Shown here: in pieces, positions 34,476-42,229 of the stretch
Numbering within the stretch: the stretch's first letter is position 1
Layout of the letters: each line of letters begins with the position of its first letter
Origin: Burkholderiales bacterium
GTDB lineage: Bacteria; Pseudomonadota; Gammaproteobacteria; Burkholderiales; Ga0077523
Length of the DNA: 64,000 nucleotides
Direction of reading: 5' to 3'
Assembly (NCBI GenBank): GCA_019747905.1
Contig: JAIEQG010000040.1
Location: forward strand, 2,403 to 66,402
Notes under the pieces: model-generated
Told to the model about the DNA's origin: nothing
What the model saw: only the letters and a program-made list of their open reading frames with translations
Database searches by the model: none
Translations under genes and position numbers: made by a program

Positions 34476-34792
34476 GACCCATGCTGTGCGTCGCGAATGC
34501 ACGGAAGGGTGGCCCAGCAAGGGCATGAAGCGGAGCGCCTGACGTCGCCGAACCTGGGTCGCGGTTCAAAGCGACATAAAGAGCGCTTTCACAACAATTT
34601 ATTCCGCGGCAAGGATTAACCGGCGACGCACGCCTACTGTCGAGCTGTATCGACAGCATGCACCCTTGGCTCGTTCGCGAATCATCGTGGGCATCTGCCG
34701 ATGCAATCGCATTGCTGCGCCCGTCACGAGGCGGTAGCGGTGCGATACACCGCGCTTACGACAATGCCGCCCCATTGACAGGAGATTTCAAT

Positions 34793-36208
34793 ATGAATGC
34801 CCTCACCGCATCGCTGACCCCGCAGGAGCTCGGTACTTCCGAACCTTTATCGGCACCATTGGCTCCCTCACACGGTGCCGACGACAACGCTTACCTCAGC
34901 GGCAACTTCGCGCCCATGACGAGCGAGACCACGGCTTTCAACCTCAAGGTCCGCGGTCGCATCCCGGCTGAACTGGAAGGCCGGCTCCTGCGCATCGGCC
35001 CCAGTCCGATCGGCCCGGTGGACCGGGGGCTCTATCACTGGTTCACGGGGACCGGCCTCGTGCATGGCTTGCGACTGCGCGGCGGTCGCGCGGAGTGGTA
35101 TCGCAGCCGCTTCACCGTCAGCGCCGATGCGGCAGCTGCCCTGGGCAAGCCTCCGATTCCGGGGCCGGGCGAAGGGGTTACGTCCGTGAATACCAACGTC
35201 ACGATGATCGGGGGCCGCGTGGTTGCCATCGTCGAGGCGGGTGAGCTGCCGATCGAACTGGACTACAACCTCGAGAGTATCGCCCGCTCGGACTTCGGCG
35301 GCACGCTGGAAGGCGGGTTCACCGCGCATCCCAAACGCGATCCGCTGACGGGCGAAGTCGTCGCCATGACCTATGTGCCGGGTCGGCCGACGCTGCGCTA
35401 CGTGGCAGTGGACGCTGCCGGCCGTGCTCAGACTCGCGCCGACATCCCAGCACCGCACATGCCGATGGTGCACGATGTGGGCTTCACAAGAAACTTCGTC
35501 ATCGTGCTCGACCTGCCGGTCACCTTGCAGCCGGAGCGGGTGCCGGGGCATACGTTCCCGTACTTCTGGAACGACCGGCAGACCCCGCGCATCGGCCTCA
35601 TTCCGCGCAACGGCGATCTCGCCGGTCTCACCTGGTTCGAGGCACCTTCCTGCTACGTCTTTCATATCGTGAACGCGTACGAGAATGAAGACGGCGAAGT
35701 GATCGTGGACGTGATCCGCCACCCGCGCACGCACGACCATGACAAGCGCGGTCCGAACGAGGGCACGCCGCTGCTGGCGCGTTGGACGCTGGATCGCGCC
35801 CGCGGCCGGCTTGCGGAGCGCCTGCTCGACGATCACGGCGGCGAATTCCCGCGGTTCGACGACCGCGTCGGCGGACAGGATTATCGTTACGCCTATACGG
35901 CACACTGGTGGGGAGACAAGGTGACCTCCGGGCCCCTCTACAAGCACGACGTACGTGATGGACGCACCCAAGCGCACGACTTCGGTCCGGGTGTCTCGTC
36001 GCTCGAACCGGTGTTCGTGCCGCGCGACGGGGCCGCTGGCGAGGACGATGGCTACGTCATGGCCTATACCTACGATGCCAAGCGCAACACCAGCGACGTG
36101 GTGATACTGTCGGCGCAGGACTTCACCGGTGAACCGTTGGCAGTCATCGAGCTGCCCGTGCGGGTGCCCTTCGGCTTCCACGGAGATTGGGTCCCCGATA
36201 GGTCGTGA
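34793..36208 (+). CDS. Carotenoid-cleavage / lignostilbene-type dioxygenase (carotenoid oxygenase family)
   Basis: The four iron-ligand His contexts are present (FTAHPKRDP, MVHDVGFT, YVFHIVNAYE, FGFHGDWVP). A CAGGAGA RBS precedes ATG 34793. The track's upstream extension was discarded. Confidence 0.9.
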   Translation: MNALTASLTPQELGTSEPLSAPLAPSHGADDNAYLSGNFAPMTSETTAFNLKVRGRIPAELEGRLLRIGPSPIGPVDRGLYHWFTGTGLVHGLRLRGGRAEWYRSRFTVSADAAAALGKPPIPGPGEGVTSVNTNVTMIGGRVVAIVEAGELPIELDYNLESIARSDFGGTLEGGFTAHPKRDPLTGEVVAMTYVPGRPTLRYVAVDAAGRAQTRADIPAPHMPMVHDVGFTRNFVIVLDLPVTLQPERVPGHTFPYFWNDRQTPRIGLIPRNGDLAGLTWFEAPSCYVFHIVNAYENEDGEVIVDVIRHPRTHDHDKRGPNEGTPLLARWTLDRARGRLAERLLDDHGGEFPRFDDRVGGQDYRYAYTAHWWGDKVTSGPLYKHDVRDGRTQAHDFGPGVSSLEPVFVPRDGAAGEDDGYVMAYTYDAKRNTSDVVILSAQDFTGEPLAVIELPVRVPFGFHGDWVPDRS

Positions 36209-39084
36209 ACGAAACATCCGCTAAAGCGAAACGGTCGGACGCATACGCGTTCGGCCGCTTCAAGCTGGATCCTCAGCGCCGTGAACTCCTCGCCGACGGC
36301 GTGCCGGTCGAGCTGGGCGGCCGCGCCTTCGACCTGCTGCTGGCGCTCGTGGAGGCCGACGGGGCGGTTCTCGGCAAGGACGATCTGATCGCCCGCGTCT
36401 GGCCAGGCAGGGTGGTGGAGGAAAACAACCTGCTCGTACAGATCGCGGCGGTGCGCAAGGCGCTGGGGCTCGATCGCGAGCTGGTGCGCACCGTTACCGG
36501 ACACGGCTATCAGTTCCTCGCGCCGTTGCTCCTCACCCGTGGTGGCGCGGACGCCGACCCGGCGCCGGGCACGCGCACGAATCTGCGGATGCGGGTGACG
36601 GACCTGATCGGTCGCGAAGCCGATGTGGCGGCGGTCTGCGCACTGGCTACCACGCACCGTCTGCTCACCCTGAGCGGTGCGGGCGGCATCGGCAAGACCA
36701 GTCTCAGCATGGAGTGCGGGCGCGCCCTGCTGCCCCAGTTTGCCGACGGCGTGTGGGTAGCGGAACTGGGCCCGCTCTCCGATCCGCAGCTCGTCCCGGT
36801 CACGGTCGCGGCCGCGCTCGGTCTGGAGCTGGCCGGCGAGATGCCGTCCGCGGAGCGCGTTGCGGCGGCACTCGGAGCGAGGCAGGTCTTGCTGATCCTC
36901 GACAACTGCGAGCATCTGATCGAGGCGACGGCGCGTCTGGTGGAAGTGGTGCTGCGCATGAATCCCGGCGTGCACGTCATGGCGACCAGCCGCGAGCCGC
37001 TGCGGGCCCAGGACGAACAGAGCTATGTCGTGCCGGCCCTGACCGTGCCAGGCGAGGGCACCGAGGATCGTGAGGAGCTGCTGCGCTCCGGTGCATTGCG
37101 GCTGTTTCTCGCTCGCGCACTCTCCGCGGAGCCGCGCCTGCTGCTCGACGAACGGGCCATGGCCGCCGCGGCCGGCATCAGCCGGCGCCTGGACGGAATT
37201 CCCCTGGCGATCGAACTGGCGGCGGCGCGCGTTCCCGCCCTCGGCGTGGAGGGGTTGGCCGCTCGGCTCGACGACCGCTTCAAGCTGCTCGCCGGTGGGC
37301 AGCGCACGGCACTGGCGCGGCATCAGACGCTGCGAGCGACCCTCGACTGGAGCTACGAGCTCTTGTCTCCGACCGAACGTACGGTGCTGCGCAGACTCGG
37401 GGTGTTCGCGGGCGCATTCCGTTTGGAACCGGTCGAAGCGGTCGTGCCCGATGCCGAGATGTCCGCGTCCGCGGTGGTGGAAGGCCTGGCCAACCTGGTG
37501 GCGAAGTCGCTGGTGAGTGCCGATCTCAGCCGCCCGGCATCTACGTATCGCCTGCTCGAAACCACGCGTGCCTATGCTCTGGAGAAGCTGAGGGCAGGCG
37601 CGGAGTTCGATGCGGTTGCGCGCCGCCACGCCGACCACTTCCGCGAGCTGATGGAAGGCGCCGCGGCGGAATGGGACTCGCGCCCGACAGCCGAATGGCT
37701 CGCCGCGTACACCGGACACCTGGGCAACGTGCGCGCGGCATTGGACTGGGCCTTCTCACCCGGCGGTGATGCCGCGATCGGAGTGGCGCTCACCGTGGCC
37801 AGCGTGCCGCTGTGGATGCACCTGTCCATGATGGAGGAGTGCCACGCCTGGGTCGAACGGGCACTTGCCAGCATGAACAACTCCACGGAGCGCGATCCAC
37901 GTCACGAAATGCAGTTGTACTCGGCGCTCGGCGGCTCGCTCAACTATGCCAGGAGCTCGGTGGAGGAAAGCGGCGCGGCCTGGAACCGTGCCCTGGAACT
38001 CGCAGAGCGCCTGGACGATGTCGAGTATCAGCTCCGTGCGCTCTGGGCCCTGTGGACCTTCCGCGTACTGCGGGGCGAGTGCCGTGCGACCCTGGACCTG
38101 GCCCGCCGCTTCTCCAAGGTGGCGTTGCGCTCGGTCGATGACGGCGATGCCGTGGTCGGCGACCGCATGGTGGGCACGTCGCTGTTCTTCCTCGGCGAGC
38201 AGGCGCAGGCACGCGCGCACATCGACCGTGCATTGGCGCAATACGCAGCGCCGGTGCATCGTTCGCACGTCATCCGCTTCCAGCTCGACCTGCCGGTGAC
38301 CGCACGTCGCATGCTCGCGCAGATCCTCTGGGTGCAGGGCTTCCCGGATCAGGCCATGCGCACGGCCAACGACAATGTCGAATACGCCCGCAGCGTCGGT
38401 CACATCGTCTCGTGGCTCTACTCGCTGGAGGCAGCCTGCCTGGTGGCGCTCTACTTCGTGCAGGACCTGTCGCTGGCGCAACGCCACCTCGACCTCCTCT
38501 GCGAGTTGTCCGAACGCCATGCGGTGACGCGGTGGAACACGCGCAGCCGCTACTACCGCGCGTTGCTGCTGGTCAAGCGGGGCGACCTCGTGGCGGGGCT
38601 GCCCGCACTGCGCGAGACTTTCGAAGAGTTGCGCGCGTCGCGCTTCATGATCCGCGATAGCTCTTTTCTCGCCGATATCGCGCAGGGGCTTGGCAGCGCA
38701 GGATATCCCGCGCGGGGGCTCGAGTTGATCGACGAGGCGCTTGCCGGTGTCGAGCGCACCGGCGAGCGCTGGTGCAAGGCGGAGTTGTTGCGCATCAAGG
38801 GCGAACTGTTGCTGCAGGTGCGACCCGGCGCGCGGGCGGACGCCATCGCGCAGTTCGAGGCTGGCCTGCAATGGGCGCGTCGCCAGGGCGCCTTGTCATT
38901 CGAATTGCGCTGTGCCACGAGCCTCGCACAGGTGCGCCAGGACCGAGGCGGTACCAGCCATGCGCGTGCGCAACTGGCGGATGTCTACGGACGATTCACC
39001 GAGGGCTTCGAGACCGCAGACCTGCTGGCGGCGCGGCGAGTGCTCGACGCTGCAATTCCTCCAGAAGATCCGCCGCAGCCCTGA
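36205..39084 (+). CDS. Large regulator: OmpR/CadC-type winged-helix DNA-binding domain + STAND/NB-ARC-like ATPase + TPR-like C-terminus (paralogue 1)
   Basis: GTG 36205 overlaps the oxygenase stop (GTGA). The wHTH region is FGRFKLDPQRRELLADGVPVELGGRAFDLLLALVE...VWPGRVVEENNLLVQIAAVRKALG. Walker A is SGAGGIGKTS and Walker B-like is LLILDNCEH. A long helical-repeat C-terminus follows. Confidence 0.85.
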   Translation: MNETSAKAKRSDAYAFGRFKLDPQRRELLADGVPVELGGRAFDLLLALVEADGAVLGKDDLIARVWPGRVVEENNLLVQIAAVRKALGLDRELVRTVTGHGYQFLAPLLLTRGGADADPAPGTRTNLRMRVTDLIGREADVAAVCALATTHRLLTLSGAGGIGKTSLSMECGRALLPQFADGVWVAELGPLSDPQLVPVTVAAALGLELAGEMPSAERVAAALGARQVLLILDNCEHLIEATARLVEVVLRMNPGVHVMATSREPLRAQDEQSYVVPALTVPGEGTEDREELLRSGALRLFLARALSAEPRLLLDERAMAAAAGISRRLDGIPLAIELAAARVPALGVEGLAARLDDRFKLLAGGQRTALARHQTLRATLDWSYELLSPTERTVLRRLGVFAGAFRLEPVEAVVPDAEMSASAVVEGLANLVAKSLVSADLSRPASTYRLLETTRAYALEKLRAGAEFDAVARRHADHFRELMEGAAAEWDSRPTAEWLAAYTGHLGNVRAALDWAFSPGGDAAIGVALTVASVPLWMHLSMMEECHAWVERALASMNNSTERDPRHEMQLYSALGGSLNYARSSVEESGAAWNRALELAERLDDVEYQLRALWALWTFRVLRGECRATLDLARRFSKVALRSVDDGDAVVGDRMVGTSLFFLGEQAQARAHIDRALAQYAAPVHRSHVIRFQLDLPVTARRMLAQILWVQGFPDQAMRTANDNVEYARSVGHIVSWLYSLEAACLVALYFVQDLSLAQRHLDLLCELSERHAVTRWNTRSRYYRALLLVKRGDLVAGLPALRETFEELRASRFMIRDSSFLADIAQGLGSAGYPARGLELIDEALAGVERTGERWCKAELLRIKGELLLQVRPGARADAIAQFEAGLQWARRQGALSFELRCATSLAQVRQDRGGTSHARAQLADVYGRFTEGFETADLLAARRVLDAAIPPEDPPQP

Positions 39085-41926
39085 GGTCGGCACTGCCGTG
39101 GCCCTCGGTGAAACGTCCGAGCACCTGTGCCAGTTGTTCGTGGGCTTCGCGATTCCGTTGCTGGCTTGCCCACAACCGTGCGAGGCTCATGCTGGCACGC
39201 AGCTCCCACGCCGGCACGTGCTGCTCGCGGGCGCACTCGAGGCTGCGCAGGAAGTGGTCTTCGGCCGCCTGCTTTGCAGCGGCGTCGTCCTGCAGCAGCA
39301 ACAATTCGCCGCGGATGCGCAGCAGCTCGGCCAGGCACCAGCGTTCGCCGTTCACTTCGGTGCGCTGGAGGGCTTCGTCGATGGCGGCCAGGCCTTGGGC
39401 GGCTTCACCGGCGCGACCGAGCAACTCGGCGAGTTCCCCCAGCAGTTCGGTGTAGCGCAGGGCGAAGCGGATCTCGCGCAGTTCCTCGAGCGCTGCAGCG
39501 AGCGTATTGGCCGCCGGTGGGGAGTCGACTCGCCGGATCGTGAGGACGCTGCGGAAGCACTGTGCCTCGGCCTGCCATGAGGCGAGCGCGTTGCGGGCCG
39601 CGTGGTCCTGCAGCATCGTCACATACCGTTCGGCGGCTTCGAGGTCGCCCACGAACAGCGCCACCGGACAGGCCTTCGCGAGCGCGTTGCAGAGTGTCAG
39701 CGCATGGTCGGCCTCGAACGCTTCGGCGATGTTGTGCTCCACCGCCCGCATCGCCTGGTCTGCGAAGCCCTGCAACCACAACACCTCCGCCAGCACGGCG
39801 CGTGCCGATACGCGCTGATCGAGCAGGAAGCGGATGGTGTGCGACCGATGGGCCGGCGGGGAATATCGGTTCAGCATGCGCTCGAAGTGAAAGCGCGCCG
39901 CGGTCTGGTCGCCGGTGTAATGCAGGGCCATCGCCAGCATGCGGTCGCCGATCGGCAGGTCGGGTTGGCCGGGCACGCTCGAGGCCACGGTGCAGAACTC
40001 GTTGGCCAGAGTCATCGCTTCCTGGAACAGGCCGCTGTTGAGGCGGTTGACGCACAGCCCCCACAGCGAGCGCAGCTGGAAGTCGCTGTCGTCGAGTCGC
40101 TTCGAGATCTCGAGCGCATTGCGCAGTTCGGCGTGGCTCGCTTCCACGGTCGCCTTGGTGTACATGAGCGCCAGGCCAAGGGCCGTGTGCAGTTGCATGC
40201 CTTGAGGCGTGTCCTGGCCTGCCGCCACACCGAGGCTCGCCAACGCCCGCTCGACGCGCAACCGGCATTCCTCCATTAGCGACAGGCGCATCCAGAACGG
40301 TGCAGCGGCAGCCGTCAACGCCACACCGATCGCCGTGTCGCCGTTCGCGCCAAAGGCCCAGTCCAGCGCCACGCGCAGGTTGTCGGTCTGGCGCCCGTAG
40401 GTCGTGAGCCACTCCGGGGTGGATTGCCGCACCCAGTCTGCGCTGGTCCGCGCGAACAGATCACGGTGATGTTCGGCGTGCCGGCGCGCGAACGTGTCGA
40501 ACTCGCCGCCTGCCTCGAGCTTCTCCAGGGCGTAGGCGCGCATGGTGTCGAGGAGCCGGTACTGCGCGGCTGCGCTGCCCACTTCCGCCGTGACGAGCGA
40601 CTTCGCCACCAGGTTCGCCAGGTAGTCGACCACGTCCGCCGCGTCGATATCGGCGGTCGCGACCACGGCAGCCGCGGACTCCAGCGTGAACACGCCCGCG
40701 AATACTGCCAGGCGACGCAGCACCACACGCTCGGTGGCCGGCAGCAGTTCGTAGCTCCAGTCGAGAGTCGCACGCAACGTCTGGTGGCGCGGCAGTGCCG
40801 TGCGCTGCCCGCCGGTGAGGAGGCGGAAGCGGTCGTCGAGCCGCGCTGCCAGCCCTTCGATGCCGAGCGCGGCGGCCCGCGCCGCTGCCAGCTCGATGGC
40901 GAGCGGGATGCCGTCGAGGCGCCGGCAGATGGCGGCGATCGCAGCGATGCGGGCGTCGGGCGAGAACTGCGGTTCGGCGGCACGGGTGCGCGCGATGAAC
41001 AGGCGCACGGCACCGGTCTTGAGGAGCCGGGCGCGATCGAGCGTTTCCTCGGTCGGCACCTCGAGCGATGGCACGCGGTAGATCGACTCGCCCTCGGCCC
41101 GCAGCGGCTCGCGGCTGGTGGCCAGGACGCAGGCGAGCGGGCCGGCGCGCAGCACGGCCTCGGTCATGGCGGCAGCCGCTTCGATCACGTGTTCGCAATT
41201 GTCGAGGATGAGCAGCATGTGCTTCGTGCCGAGCGCGGCCGCGACCCGTTCGGGCGGCAACGCGCCGCTGGCGAAGGTCAATCCGAGGGCCGATGCGACG
41301 GTGGACGGGACCTGACCCGGATCGGTGAGGCCGCCGAGTTCCGCCAGCCATACGCCGTCGCGGAACGCGCCCAGGAGTTCGCGGGCGGCTTCGAGGCCGA
41401 GCCGCGTCTTGCCGATGCCGCCAGGTCCGGTCAGCGTCACCAGCCTGCGATCGGCCGCCAGCGCGAGGATATCGTGCAGTTCGGTGTCACGCCCGATCAG
41501 CGGCGACACCGGTTCCGGCAGGTTGGTGAGCACCGGCCGGGGCGTCGCTGCCGCTGGAGCTTCCGGAGTTCGAGTCCGCACGTCGCCGGCGAACTGATAG
41601 CCGCGGCCGGCCACGGTGCGGATGAGGTCGCGCTCGCCGGCCAACGCCTTGCGCACCGCGGCGATCTGCACCTGCAGGTTGTTTTCCTCGACCACTCGAC
41701 CGGGCCACACCAGTCCGAGCAGTTCATCCTTGGTGACCACGGCGCCACGGGCTTCGACCAGCGCGAGCAGCACGTCGAACGCCCGCGCGCCCAGGTCAAC
41801 GGGTGCGCCGTCCATGCACAGTTCGCGACGCGCCGGCAACACGGTGAAGCGGCCGAAGGTCAACGTGCTCCGGGATGGTGCAGTTGGCACCGCTCGCGGG
41901 TTCGTTGTCGCGGCGTCCTGGTCCAT
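38996..41926 (-). CDS. wHTH-STAND-TPR regulator (paralogue 2)
   Basis: 976 aa with the same architecture (FGRFTVLPARRELCMDGAPVDLGARAFDVLLALVE; TGPGGIGKTR; LLILDNCEH). Its last 89 nt overlap the 3' end of paralogue 1 on the opposite strand. Confidence 0.85.
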   Translation of the reverse strand: MDQDAATTNPRAVPTAPSRSTLTFGRFTVLPARRELCMDGAPVDLGARAFDVLLALVEARGAVVTKDELLGLVWPGRVVEENNLQVQIAAVRKALAGERDLIRTVAGRGYQFAGDVRTRTPEAPAAATPRPVLTNLPEPVSPLIGRDTELHDILALAADRRLVTLTGPGGIGKTRLGLEAARELLGAFRDGVWLAELGGLTDPGQVPSTVASALGLTFASGALPPERVAAALGTKHMLLILDNCEHVIEAAAAMTEAVLRAGPLACVLATSREPLRAEGESIYRVPSLEVPTEETLDRARLLKTGAVRLFIARTRAAEPQFSPDARIAAIAAICRRLDGIPLAIELAAARAAALGIEGLAARLDDRFRLLTGGQRTALPRHQTLRATLDWSYELLPATERVVLRRLAVFAGVFTLESAAAVVATADIDAADVVDYLANLVAKSLVTAEVGSAAAQYRLLDTMRAYALEKLEAGGEFDTFARRHAEHHRDLFARTSADWVRQSTPEWLTTYGRQTDNLRVALDWAFGANGDTAIGVALTAAAAPFWMRLSLMEECRLRVERALASLGVAAGQDTPQGMQLHTALGLALMYTKATVEASHAELRNALEISKRLDDSDFQLRSLWGLCVNRLNSGLFQEAMTLANEFCTVASSVPGQPDLPIGDRMLAMALHYTGDQTAARFHFERMLNRYSPPAHRSHTIRFLLDQRVSARAVLAEVLWLQGFADQAMRAVEHNIAEAFEADHALTLCNALAKACPVALFVGDLEAAERYVTMLQDHAARNALASWQAEAQCFRSVLTIRRVDSPPAANTLAAALEELREIRFALRYTELLGELAELLGRAGEAAQGLAAIDEALQRTEVNGERWCLAELLRIRGELLLLQDDAAAKQAAEDHFLRSLECAREQHVPAWELRASMSLARLWASQQRNREAHEQLAQVLGRFTEGHGSADLRAAADLLEELQRRALAAPPAGLRSRSPR

Positions 41927-42229
41927 GGCGGTGGCGCGCTCCGTGCCGGAAGATTGCCTGAGCTGATGGCGGGCGATGCTGCCCCAGTGCCCTCGGGCAG
42001 CACAGTTAATTTCCGCTAATCCTCCTTAATTGGCGTCCCTGCACCGCACGGCGAAGACCATGACGTTTGCAAGGTCTGCTGTCATCGTTCCGCGCTTGCG
42101 GTGCAGCAAGCGGGTCACTACCATCCCTTGGTTACTCGCAACCTGTGCAGTCACTCGATGGGCGGTGCCCCGCGAACGCGACCGTTCCGGACCGCGATCT
42201 CTGCGAGCGAGGTGGAACGTGAGGCGGCG

